64,000 bases of DNA from contig NIVC01003041.1 of the NCBI GenBank assembly GCA_002269645.1, positions 8,669-72,668 on the forward strand, given 5' to 3'. Below the pieces are notes generated by a model, which saw only the letters and a program-made list of their open reading frames with translations, searched no databases and was not told where the DNA came from. Source of the DNA: Macrostomum lignano. Taxonomy: Eukaryota. The position numbers and the translations under genes were made by a program. The stretch's first letter is position 1; every line of letters starts with the position of its first letter. Below, piece after piece: positions 23,508-34,888 of this stretch.

Positions 23508-23891
23508 CAGAGAGAACTGTCATTTTTACACAGGCAGCACAAAGCATGTTTGATTCCTCACAGATCTCGGCATCACAGCTTAATTTTGCTTTCTTTATTG
23601 CTTTAAACAGTACCCAAATAAAAAGATTTCCTGGAGCAACACTTTTAATTTCGAGTTAATCACACACTAAAAGCAACAGAAAGTTACAACTTTTTCTGTA
23701 TAAAATTGACTTATTTGGTGGCAGTTCAATTTAAACATTTTTAGGGAAGCAATTGAGTTTACAAGTAGAAAAGTAGAAAAACTTAGTCGGTCAAACGAAG
23801 ACATTTAGTGAAATTTGGCCTCTCGGAACAGGCAACCCTGCAGTGTCGAGGCTCCCAGTAGCTTAACTCAGTCTTCCTAAGTCATCCGAAC

Positions 23892-26800
23892 TCAGAGCTC
23901 CCCCTGGCGGGCCGCAGCCGCCGCGCCGCCCAGCACCTGCTCCCTCGGCAGGTCGGCATTGCGCAGCAGGTGGTAGTAAAAGTTGATGGCCTTTTCGAAT
24001 ACCGTCACGCCGATGCGCTCGTCGACGCCGTGGTAGCGGTTGGCGTCCCGCATGTGGATGTGGTTCGGGGTGAACCTGTACACGTTGCGCGTGAACTGCA
24101 GGTAGTGGTTGGTGTCAGTCTTGGCCACAAAGATGCCCGGTAAGACGCGACCGTCCGTGAACACCTGCTGAGCTGTGCCGGCCACCACCTGGAAGAGTTG
24201 CGGATGGACCAGTGACGGACTAAAGGAACCTTGCGAGCTCTTAGATTTTACCTTGATGCAAGCAATCTACTCTACCTGAAAGGCGTAGCTGGATTCCTCG
24301 CAGTCGGCCACCGGGGAGGCCTCGATGCCGTCCAAGATCTCAATCTGGATCCGGGGATCGGCGATGACCTGGCGGTCGTGGTCAACCACCTGCTGAATGG
24401 TCTGTGACGGGTGGATGCGATGGTTGACCACCGCCTGGGCGCTGCTGGCCAGCACGTTGTGCTTGATGCCCGCGTTGAACATGGTGACGGCCGTGGTCGT
24501 CCGGATCAGCGCATTGGTCGGTGGATTTCGGCTGAGTGCACTTGAAATTTGCACAGCGGATAGGCGTTAAAGTCACGTGACTTTTCATGCTTCCATTGGC
24601 CTATTAAAGTAGAATCAATACACTGGTCGAGCTTGACTTACTAGCTGACTAGAGGCTTGAACAGCCACAGATTGTTGAGCACTACTCTGGCCGCGATGTT
24701 GGCCTGAAGTTGGCATCGAACAGTTTTGCATTACAATTAGGAACTTTGGGCGATGCAGTAAATCAAGGCGGCTGCCGACCCGCAGCCAGAGGGCCGGCAA
24801 GCGCATTCCGCTGATCCTGAGCTCGCACACGCACGAGTTCATGCAAGTGCGCAGGCACTCTGGGCTTCAATGAGCCAGAATCAGGCTAATTTGCGTGCAC
24901 GAGCTCAAAACTCGGAATCGAACCCCGGGTCACTCGCGCGTTGACCGCTGAGCTGCTGTGCTTCTGAAACTACTATTAGTAATATTCATAGCCTCCTATG
25001 ACTCACCGGGAACGGCAGCTTCAGGTAAGTTGATAGGAGCTCCAGGATCGCCTTCTCCGGTCCGTTGCCCAGCTGAGACGGCTGCTGACTGGCTTCGAGC
25101 CGCGCCACCGCCCTGGCCAGGACGCCGATGACGCTCTCGGCCGGCGGCATGGACGAGTGGCCGGGCGTCGAGTTGTAGCTCAGGCGCAGGTTTACGTAGC
25201 CCTTCTCGGACACGCCGATTCTGCAATGCATTTGCGGTTGGCAGTCGGATCCGAGTTTGTCCAGGAGTTGCAGACCGATTTCAAGGCGGTAGGCAACTGC
25301 GGCAATGCCAAAATGCGGCAACGCTCACATAATCGCAGGAGCGCTGAGGCCGGGCACGAAGCCGTCCAGCACCACCATGCCTTCGTCGGACACGAACTCG
25401 AGCTTCTGAACCTTCTCCACGGTGCGCAGGTGCTCGGCGATGCGAGCTGCGCCCTGAAAGCCGTGAATCTGCAGCGGCGGATGTTTTATTGCTGAGATTT
25501 TTCATAGCCTTAGAGAGGTCGGGGCGCAGATCCCCGCCCCCACCGGACTCATGATTGCATGCCTGCTAGAAGTAGAATTCATGACAATATAGCTTCTTGG
25601 AAATGTTTGAGGGCAAAACCAAAACATCAGGATGTCATTTCTAGCTCGTAAGTCTTGTTTTAATTGGGTTGGTCACAAAAGTTTATGCTCGAAGTTTCCA
25701 GGAATCGAAGTGCATCTATCGAATTTTTGTTAGCATTGCGTCTCCTGCTCACCTCCTCGTCGTGGCCAAACGCGATATAAAACGTCCTCTTCGGCTTCCA
25801 GTCCTTGGCGAGCAGGTACTCCATCGCCTCCAGGATGCCCTGCGAGAATTGCAGCCAGCGAGAGTTAGTGAAAGCCTTTCGGAGAAATGAGAGTAGCTGG
25901 AATGACTCACGAAAACTCCGACTTTGTCGTCAATGGTGCCGCGCGCGTAGATGTAGCCGTCCTCCACCACGGCGTCGAAATGCGGCTTGGTCCAGTTCTG
26001 ACCGTCTGAGGAAAAACACAGGTTGTACACAAAATTCTGGATATTCTCGAGAAAATTACGGGAATTGATCGAATACGCATTAAATTTTCTCTAGAATGGA
26101 TTAGTCTGGAATTCCCCTCGTGAACCCTGACGTCTCAACAATTCCCCCGATGAACCCTGGAGTCTCAACAATCCCCCCCCATGAACCCTGGAGTCTCAGC
26201 AATTCCCCCATGAACCCTGGAGTCTCAACAATCCCCCCATGAACCCTGGAGTCTCAACAATCCCCCCATGAACCCTGGAGTCTCAGCAATTCCCCCATGA
26301 ACCCTGGAGTCTCAGCAATTCCCCCCATGAACCCTGGAGTCTCAGCAATTCCCCCCATGAACTTGTAATCTCAGCAATTCCCCCGATGAACCCTGGAGTC
26401 TCAGCAATTCCCCCCATGAACCCTGGAGTCTCAACAATTCCCCCCATGAACCCTGGAGTCTCAACAATTCCCCCCCATGAACCCTGGAGTCTCAGCAATT
26501 CCCCCCATGAACCCTGGAGTCTCAGCAATTCCCCCATGAACCCTGGAGTCTCAGCAACCCCCCCCCCTGAACCCTGGAATCCCAGAAATTCCCCCATGAA
26601 CCCTGGAGGCTCAGCAGTTCCCCCATGAACCCTGGAGGCTCAGCAATTCCCCCATGAACCCTGGAGGCTCAGCAGTTCCCCCATGAACCCTGGAGGCTCA
26701 GCAGTTCCCCCATGAACCTGTAATCTCAGCAATTCCCCCCTTGAACCCTGGAGTCTCAGCAATTCCCCATAAGGCTTGGCATCTCAGCAAGTGCATATCT

Positions 26801-27223
26801 GTATCTAAGAGTAAAAGCGGTCTCACCAGTCGGCACAACATCCAGGTGAGACATGAGCAGCGCTGGCAGCAGGCTGGAGTCCGAGCCCTGCACCTTGTAC
26901 AGCAGGCTGTACTGGTTGATCACAGTGAGCTTCACAGACGACTTGGCCGAGTGCACCCGGGGGAAGCTGCTCCGGATGAAGCTGACCATCTCGGCCAGCT
27001 GCTGGGTGTCCTGCCTGCCGATGTCGTAGGACACCGTGCGGAACCGGAGGCCCCGCTGGAAGCGGGCCAGGCGCTCCTCAGTCAGCTGGATGAAGTCTTC
27101 ATCAGACTTGGCGCAGGGCCGCAGTGTGAGGCGGATGCTGCGCGAGTTGAGCGAGTTGAGCAGCAGCAGGCAGCTGAGCAGCCCGGCCAAGCAGGCGATC
27201 GTGACGAGAGCGGTGCGGGCCAT
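23892..27223 (-). CDS. PM20D1: Peptidase M20 domain-containing protein 1-like (N-fatty-acyl-amino acid synthase/hydrolase family), 518 aa, 8 exons
   Basis: Exons 27223-26827, 26005-25911, 25839-25753, 25468-25329, 25220-25007, 24703-24642, 24540-24276, 24188-23892 join in frame. M20 metal-binding motifs SHLDVVP, RGTIDDK, GHDEE, DEG, GHSSMPP and YHGVDE are present, with an N-terminal signal/anchor. Confidence 0.92.
26110..26770. repeat. ~30-bp minisatellite (catgaaccctggagtctcagcaattcccc)n in PM20D1 intron 1
   Basis: About 21 imperfect copies. Confidence 0.95.
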
Positions 27224-28029
27224 GGAGAGCTTCCGAATGCAGTTGACTCCTGGCTGCTCCCGCGGCTTGCTGTATGAGCAGCGTGTGTAGCTGCTGCATG
27301 CTGGGCCGCCAACCCCTCCTCTACCCCACTATCAGCGGACTGGGGGGTGGGGCAGACAGGGGTTGAAAGTTTCGCGAGAGTGCACCGAGGGGAGGGGGTG
27401 GGGGCGCAGAGGGATGGAATACCCGCTGAATGTACATTCACTCCCTCGTATCATGCGGTTATGCACATAGAAAATGTACGTACATGGCCATGGACACTAT
27501 GATTCAGGTTTGCTCTGTTCTGATTTAGTTGCTAGCGCGGTTTTTAGATAACGAGAAGACATTAACAGAACTTTGATTTGAACCGTTATTAAATTTGAAA
27601 ACTTTATGGATAAAGGGTCTGTTAAGTACCTTTATTAATTGAAGTATATTGAGCAGCGCATTTTCATTAACTACTTCTGTATATTTATTACGGTGAAACA
27701 TAGCTTATCTTATTTAAAAGTACTCAATAAACATGAAGTGATCGAAAATTCAAGAAATGATTGTGACAATGATGGCGCTCTGTACTGCAGACCCAGCTTT
27801 CTGGTTGTGAAATAGACAGCCAAAAACCAGCGGCCGAGAACGGCAGGCAGTTTGCGGACGTAGTCGGGATTCAAATTTATACAGCGAACTTTCATCCGGC
27901 AACTAAACTTTATAAACTTTGGCGCACCACGCCTGTCACTGCGCTGTTGACCATTTTCTGGGCATTAAAATGTCAAGCTGCTGAGCCAATCGTACTGTAG
28001 AATGGATTTTGCGCTAGCGTCAGCCTGTT

Positions 28030-28449
28030 GGACCTTCGGGACCTTCGGGACCTTCGGGACCTTCGGGACCTTCGGGACCTTCGGGACCTTCGGGACCTTC
28101 GGGACCTTCGGGACCTTCGGGACCTTCGGGACCTTCGGGACCTTCGGGACCTTCGGGACCTTCGGGACCTTCGGGACCTTCGGGACCTTCGGGACCTTCG
28201 GGACCTTCGGGACCTTCGGGACCTTCGGGACCTTCGGGACCTTCGGGACCTTCGGGACCTTCGGGACCTTCGGGACCTTCGGGACCTTCGGGACCTTCGG
28301 GACCTTCGGGACCTTCGGGACCTTCGGGACCTTCGGGACCTTCGGGACCTTCGGGACCTTCGGGACCTTCGGGACCTTCGGGACCTTCGGGACCTTCGGG
28401 ACCTTCGGGACCTTCCGGACCTTCGGGACCTTCGGGACCTTCGGGACCT
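28030..28449. repeat. 9-bp array (GGACCTTCG)n, ~46 copies
   Basis: Near-perfect, with one variant unit at 28415. Begins ~22 nt downstream of the RING gene stop on the minus strand. Confidence 0.97.
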
Positions 28450-28471
28450 CCAAAACCTTCGCGCGCGAGCG

Positions 28472-29704
28472 TCATGCGGACACAAGTGTCTGTGGCGCCA
28501 CTGTGAAGCCGTTGATCACCCAGTTCTGGCAGTCGCCGAGGTACAGCACGCTCCTGGCCGTGTCGTAGGCCATGCCAGAGATTTTGCCGGCGCACGGCAG
28601 CTCCTTCACCGGCGACAGCGCGCCGAGCTCAGTGCGCAGGATGACCAGCCGGCTGCCCGGCTTGCTGCAGCTGTCCGCCGGCCTCTCGTGGCTCCGAGCC
28701 GCCAACAGCAGGAGGCCCGGCGACAGCAGCTGCAGGAAATTCGGTTGAGCCTCCACCGACAGCTGGCTGAGCAGGCTGAGGCCGTCGGCACTCAGGACGC
28801 AGATCTTGCGCGCGTCAGAGTCGCTGGCAAAGACGCGCAAATCATCGCAGGTGACGTCCACCAGCAGCTGGAAACCCTGGCAGTCGGCGCCCGTGGGCCT
28901 GCAGTCGATCGTCCAGAAGCTGCTGAGGCGGGTGCCGTTGCCGCTGACCACAAAGAGGCGCCGGGATGCGACCTGCACGCAGCTGGCGGTCGGGCAGGGC
29001 AGCTCCGAGATGATGCTTGACACGGTGCCAGTCAGGTCCGCCAGCACCACCTGGTGCCGCATGAAGTCAGACAGCACCAGCCGGTTGCTGCCGCGGTCGA
29101 AGCTGGCCCTGTAGATGTTGAAAAACTGGTCGTCGGGCCAGGAAAGCCGCCAGCAGCTCACCAGGAGGCGCCCGTCGAGTGCGAACAGGCGGGCTTCGTC
29201 CAGGTCGTCGCCGACGCAGAACAGCAGGTCCGACGGCAAAGCCGGCAGGTTCGGCGCCTCCTCCAGGGGGCTCCAGCGGACGATGCGCTTCCTGGCCGAG
29301 TCGTAGAACAGCTTGGCGTCGCGGTGCTGCACCAGCACCAGGTCCCACGGCTCGCCCTGGCAGTGGATCTGGTTGGCCAGGCTGCCCGGCCACTCCAGAG
29401 GCGCCGCGGTCTCGGTCTCGTGGCGCAGAATCTCCGAGCGAGCCCGCACGGCCTCCATCACGAGATCCTCCATGGCGGTGTTTCGCTTCGCCGAAGTTGG
29501 AGCGACGCTGCAGGTTGTGCGGCACAGCGGGCACTTGAACCGGCCCTCGCCCTGCGAGTACAGCGCTGTGTAGCAGTCGCTGCAGAGCGTGTGGCAGCAG
29601 GGCAGCACCAGCTTGGGGTGCGCGTACATGCAGAGGCAGATGGGACACGTGACTTTCTCTTCGAGCTCGTCTGCGTGGCTCTGCAGCTCAGGCAGCCGGT
29701 CCAT
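28472..29704 (-). CDS. C3HC4 RING finger protein with C-terminal NHL-like beta-propeller (TRIM-NHL-like), intronless, 410 aa
   Basis: CPICLCMYAHPKLVLPCCHTLCSDCYTALYSQGEGRFKCPLCR, then NTAMEDLV. C-terminal repeats such as DRGSNRLVLSDFMRHQVVL and DTARSVLYLGDCQNWVI. No B-box seen. Confidence 0.85.
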   Translation of the reverse strand: MDRLPELQSHADELEEKVTCPICLCMYAHPKLVLPCCHTLCSDCYTALYSQGEGRFKCPLCRTTCSVAPTSAKRNTAMEDLVMEAVRARSEILRHETETAAPLEWPGSLANQIHCQGEPWDLVLVQHRDAKLFYDSARKRIVRWSPLEEAPNLPALPSDLLFCVGDDLDEARLFALDGRLLVSCWRLSWPDDQFFNIYRASFDRGSNRLVLSDFMRHQVVLADLTGTVSSIISELPCPTASCVQVASRRLFVVSGNGTRLSSFWTIDCRPTGADCQGFQLLVDVTCDDLRVFASDSDARKICVLSADGLSLLSQLSVEAQPNFLQLLSPGLLLLAARSHERPADSCSKPGSRLVILRTELGALSPVKELPCAGKISGMAYDTARSVLYLGDCQNWVINGFTVAPQTLVSA

Positions 29705-30296
29705 GGTAGATTGCTGACAGCCTCTGAGCCCAATACTGTGTGATTGTATCTGTCCCAGCTGAGTTTCTGTGGCAATGCAGGCAGTTCAAATGTTATCACT
29801 AATGATGCCGTTTATACATGTAGCAAAGGACTGGAACATGCAGGAGCGGCTGAGCTTCCTGTGCGAGCGCTCAGTCTCTCTCCCCAGGTGCAGCGGGACT
29901 GGCATCTGTTTGACTTTTGATTCTAAAAGTGAAGCAGCTTCGCTCTGTTAAGCCTGCATGGATCAGCTATTTGCGGCCCTGACTGGCACCCGCCTCCATA
30001 CTGTGCTGCGCTTCTGCCCGCCCCCAGCCAGCTGCCTGCATCGCGCGCCATCTGCTGTGTGTGGCCTTGCAGCCGAGTTTCGGTGACAAATATTTGCTGA
30101 AATTCATGCAGTGACTTTGAAGGAGTGAAAATTATTGCTCATATTTGCTTATGCCGGGCAGGTACAAAGGAAAGCAACTCAAAGGAGCTTATAAAAGCAG
30201 ATGGAGAGGCCAGCAGCCGAGAGCAGGGCTCAGTCCTGACTTTGAGCAACCTGGGCGAATCGATCAAACTTCGCCTTTCCGAAGCCTCATCAAGCG

Positions 30297-33200
30297 ATGC
30301 AGCGGGCCGCTGCTTCTCCCGAAGAGGCGGCGGGTCTGCGGAACCAGCAGCTGCTGCTCACCAAGCAGCTGAGAGACCGGCAATCGGAGATCAACCAGCT
30401 GAAGAAGTCGCTGAGAAAAACTCGAGACAAGGGTAAGTTTGCTGGATTTCTGCCCCTGCTTGCTGCTCAGCCTGTGAACTCGCGCAACTCGGAGCTTCCG
30501 TTTCAGTTGAGCACGCGGAGTCCATCGCTGCCGCCAGCGCCCAGCTCAAGGATCGAATCAAGGAGCTCGAGTGAGTCCCTGTTTGTGCGATGTTGTTGTG
30601 GCTGGCATGATAAACATGATTAGTCACTGCAGCTGGCATGATAAACATGATTAGTCACTGCAGCTGGCATGATAAACATGATTAGTCACTGCAGCTGGCA
30701 TGATAAACATGATTAGTCACTGCAGCTGGCATGATAAACATGATTAGTTACTGCAGCTGGCATGATAAACATGATTAGTTGCACTGCTGCTTGCCCTGCT
30801 CAGGTGATGGGGCTGTCCAGACAGAGGCAATAATATTGAATGTAACGAATGAGGCCCGCTTAGCTGGATCTGCAATTAATTAGGGGTCTCAGACCTCTCA
30901 GTACTTTGACTGGCCCGCTTCAAGAAATTTTCTTCCTCAGACTCCCCGCTGAGTTGCTAGGGCGGGCAGAAACCCGGAAGTTTTCTCCCCTCACTTCAAC
31001 TCAGTTTTACCAGGCCTTGCATTTGAGTTCTCCAGCCTCAAGAGATGGGGCTGACAAAGGCGCTTCCTGAGAGCTGAGGGCTTAAAATGACGTCCTGGCT
31101 TTGAATTGCAGGCTTCAGGTGCGCGAGGGAGCGGCAGAGGGCGGCAGACTGCAAGCTGAGCTGCTCAGAACCAGCGACCACCTGCAGGTACCGTTGCTAT
31201 GCTGGGCCTGGTAGAGCCGTTCGTGCACCTGGAGTGGCGCCGAGTCAAAGAACTTGTCGAACCATTGCAGCGCGCCAAGGACACCATAGCGGACCTGCGC
31301 GGCCAGAATGAGAACCTGAAGGAGCAGGTCAGAGTGGAGGTCGAGCGGCGGGCGAAGCTCGAGGCCGAGCTGCAGGACTGCGAGAAGGCGTGCAACGAGA
31401 ACCGGGCCCTCCGCGAGGAGCTCGCCGAGCTCCGCCGGGCTGCCGACGACGCTGACCGGCTGGTGCGGTCGAGTCGGCGCCTGCAGCGACAGCAGGCGGA
31501 TCAGCTGCTGGCGGTGAAGGCTGAGAATGCTCGGCTGCTCAAGGCGAATGAGGCGATCGCCTCTCTGGAGGAGGAGGTGGAGGCGCTGCGGACTCTCGTC
31601 TGCGACAAGGACGCAGCCATGCAGCGTCAGGTCAGAACCATGGAGGCGCTCAAGGAGCTCATCCAGCGGCTGCGCCAGGTCCATCCCGGGGTGAACGAAA
31701 GCATCGACGAGTTTTTCCGGGCGTCGACAAGCGAGGAGGACGACTGGGTGGAGGAGGCCGAGGACTTTGAGCGCAGGCGACTGCTCTACTCGCGGCCGAA
31801 AAGCGGCGCCGTTCGAATGGCAAGCCGAAGCTCGCCGACTCGGCAGCCAAGGGTGCGTTGACTGCTGGGCTAATTGTTGCTCCTGGGTGGTTGACTACTG
31901 GGCTAATTGTTGCTCCTGGGTGGTTGACTGCTGGGCTAATTGTTGCTCCTGGGTGGTTGACTGCTGGGCTAATTGTTGCTCCTGGGTGGTTGACTGCTGG
32001 GCTAATTGTTGCTCCTGGGTGGTTGACTGCTGGGCTAATTGTTGCTCCTGGGTGGTTGACTACTGGGCTAATTGTTGCTCAGGGGTGGTTGACTGCTGGG
32101 CTAATTGTTGCTCCTGGGTGGTTTCTGTTGCAAAATTAAGACGACAATTAACTCGCCAGTAGCTCCGCCCTGGTTCGTTGGCTCTGACTTGATCGTCCTT
32201 GGGTTGTGCATCTCGAGGTCCCAATTTCCACACGGACTCCCACAAAAATTTGGCATCGAACAAAGGGGCTCGAGAGTCGTATCGATCATGTTTCTTTGAT
32301 TAGACCAGAATTTTCCTGCTCCTCAAAGTTCCTGCCAACCTCCCATCCCGGATCCCGATGCCCAGAGCGTGTCGGTGACGTCAAACCGCAGCGCGGATTG
32401 GGACCGCCAGCCCAGCCAGGCTGCGTCGCGAGCCTCCGCCAGGGCCGAGACGGCCGTCAGGGCTGGCAGCTGCGAGCCGGCAAGGTCGGCCTCGTCGCTG
32501 GCGGGTCCGCCGGCCACAGCGTTGGGCAAGAAGCGACTGGACGCGGTGGCCTCGCTGTACGTGCAGCTTGGCAGCCGGGTGACTGTGGAGGTCCATGGTG
32601 AGCTCAGCTCAGGCTGCTCTAGAGATTTAAGGATGTCTTGAATTTCTAATCGGTTGCTTTTGTGGCATTTTCCACCGGCAAATGCAGTTGCAAAGAATTA
32701 AAATCTGAATTTTAAGGTTTTAATGCAAATAACACGTTGTCAACACAAGACCAATGTAGCACATACATAACAGGAGGTAAAACTCAAAAAGATTGTGTCA
32801 TTTTGGAGGCCAAATTCCTGGATTATATAGTTGTGCAATGAATTGCTCATTTGCTTGCTGTTTTCTTCGATTTTATGAGCCCAAAGTTGTAACTACATGT
32901 ACTCACAAGTGGCATTTCCTGAACTTTTTGTTTCGTTTTTTTCTGTGGCCTCCGAAAAAATTACGCACTATCTTTGAGCTTTACGTCCGGTTATCCTACA
33001 GTGGTCCTTGAATCAACAGACCCGTTGAGCCATGGTGGGAGTTAGAAAATTTCGGGGAGGCATGATGCATTTTGGCACCTGACTGACTTGTTTTTAGGCA
33101 AAACTGAGACTGGCCGTTCAGGCGGGGTCAGGCCCGAACCCGCCGATACGTGGACTGCCTGCTGTGCGACGCTGGGGCGCCCAACACTGCCAACGGAGCG

Positions 33201-33571
33201 GACTTTGTTCGCTACCAGGCTCTGCGGCGTGCCATCTGACGTGCCCTGCTTTAACTGTGACTGTGCATGCGGGGTCGCGTATTTTGTTGTTGCTGTTGTT
33301 GAGACTGGCACGGTGAAGTACGTGGGTCTGGCATGACGCACCTGACTGACCTGTTTTAGGCAAAACTGAGACTGGCACTGTGAAGTACGTGGGTCTGGCG
33401 CACCCGGCCGAGAGGGACAAGGTGTTCGTGGGGATCCGCTTGCAGTCCCAGGCTGGCAACTCCGACGGCACCTTCAGGGGAGTCAGGTACTTCACCGTGC
33501 CCAGCAAAACGGGCCTGTTCGTCCGCGCTCACAAGATACTGAGCGTCTTCAACTCCAGGGTAAGTCATTGA
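30297..33571 (+). CDS. Coiled-coil protein with C-terminal CAP-Gly domain; 5' end unresolved, one frameshift
   Basis: Exons ~30297-30432, 30507-30570, 31112-31852, 32309-32597, 33360-33559 (or read-through to the stop at 33571). CAP-Gly motif GTVKYVG...FVGIRL...GNSDGTFRGVRYF...GLFV. A missing G at 31187-31188 restores HLQGTVAMLGLVE. Confidence 0.75.
30600..30780. repeat. 31-bp intronic minisatellite (gctggcatgataaacatgattagtcactgca)n
   Basis: About 6 copies. Confidence 0.9.
31857..32121. repeat. 33-bp intronic minisatellite (ttgactgctgggctaattgttgctcctgggtgg)n
   Basis: About 8 copies, starting 4 nt after the splice donor at 31853. Confidence 0.92.
33105..33309 (+). mobile_element. 185-bp insertion with 10-bp target-site duplication inside a duplicated exon start
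   Basis: tgagactggc at 33105-33114 and 33300-33309. The insert ends in a (GTT)-rich tail, as in retroposed sequences. Confidence 0.6.
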
Positions 33572-34454
33572 CCGCACCATCTTACTAGCACGAGTAGCAT
33601 GCGCTGATCCAGCAATCGCTCATTTCTGTTGCTTTGCAGAAGAACTGCCAGGTCAGCATGGCCGAATGCGTGAAGACTTACTTGAAACTGCATCAGTAGC
33701 TGCCAATGACCCGAGCTCGCGCCTGTTGCTATGCTAAATTTTGACGCAACTCTCTGTCCATAAAATACATTCAGCAGCAGAAAATGCGCCGCGATAAAAA
33801 TTTGAAACTCTTCCGGACTGTCTGAGTCGATCCTGGTCTCTGAGTGCATAAAGTTGGAGGAGATGCCAGCGTCATTTAGCCTGCTTCCCAAGGGATGTCA
33901 GGAAGAAAAGGGGAATAAAATTGGGATTTCAGCCTGAATGAAAGCCGGGAAATAAGATGACAGATGTCTTTCACGGTTACCCCCCCCCCAACCCACAAGT
34001 ACACACAAAAACTTTTGGTCTAGTCTTTCCAATTGAAAGACAGACAGAGTCAGGCTTGAACTCATGACTTGAGCTTGAGCTGTCACCACGGCCTGACTTT
34101 CTGAGCTGTGCGCCATTCCGCAGCACAGGCGTGAGTGAGTCTTAGTCCCCCCACCCACCGTGCATGACTGGCATCCCTGCAGAGGGCTGCTTTTGTTCCT
34201 GCAGAGCGATATGATGGGACCTCCCACCAAGCCAGACAAAGCCTGGGAGACCCATCCTATCCCACTCCCATCTCAGCAGGGCGCAAAGTAGCTGCTATCA
34301 ACTGGTTGGCAGCCGGGAGGAGGGAGCGCACGGGTACTCAGGCCCATGCCCACCCGCGGGCTGCTGATTCAAGAGCTCAGCCAACAATCGCCGCACCCGC
34401 GGGCTGGCCAAAAACTCTTCTCGGAGTCTTCCCTACCCCCCCCCCCTACTTCGA

Positions 34455-34468
34455 GTTGCCATGGCAAC
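34455..34468. promoter_or_regulatory. Perfect palindromic RFX X-box GTTGCCATGGCAAC
   Basis: Exact match to the X-box consensus, ~420 nt upstream of the ATG at 34889. Confidence 0.65.
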
Positions 34469-34888
34469 GTGCGGCCAGCCGACAGCAGCCGGTGGGGGTT
34501 GGCAGAGAGGAGCCGGCAGCCACAGCTGCTGTGTTTCTAAGCGTTTTGCTGGCTCAGCAAGAAACAAAATTGGAAGAAGACGACTGGGGGTGAAAGAAGG
34601 CCGGCCCGCTTTAAAAAACAGACGACGCGCGGGTGGGCAGGAAGGCCTGCGGACAGCCAGACCGGGACGGAGAGGCCTGAAAGCAGGAGCTGGGGTGGCG
34701 CTTAGGCAGAACTAGGAGACAATAAGGAAAACAAGGAGGCCCGGAGCAGAGAAGAAGCGCCCACCCATCAATTGGTCGCCGCGGCCCATCCTCTCACTGC
34801 AATTTCCCCAGACAGAAGTGAGCCGCTCTGCATAGAAAGTCATAAAAAGCGAAGCCCAAAGGCGAGAGCCGGCCTCCCCCTCCAACAC

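Noticed and set aside
28020-28595. Collagen-like (Gly-Pro-Glu)46 ORF on the minus strand
   Set aside because: It is a translation of the 9-bp array. It has no ATG start or signal peptide, overlaps the RING gene in another frame, and the RING gene already ends naturally at 28472.
8616-32121. CRISPR-like appearance of the tandem arrays
   Set aside because: Units are contiguous with no unique spacers, there are no cas genes, and the context is intron-containing eukaryotic DNA.
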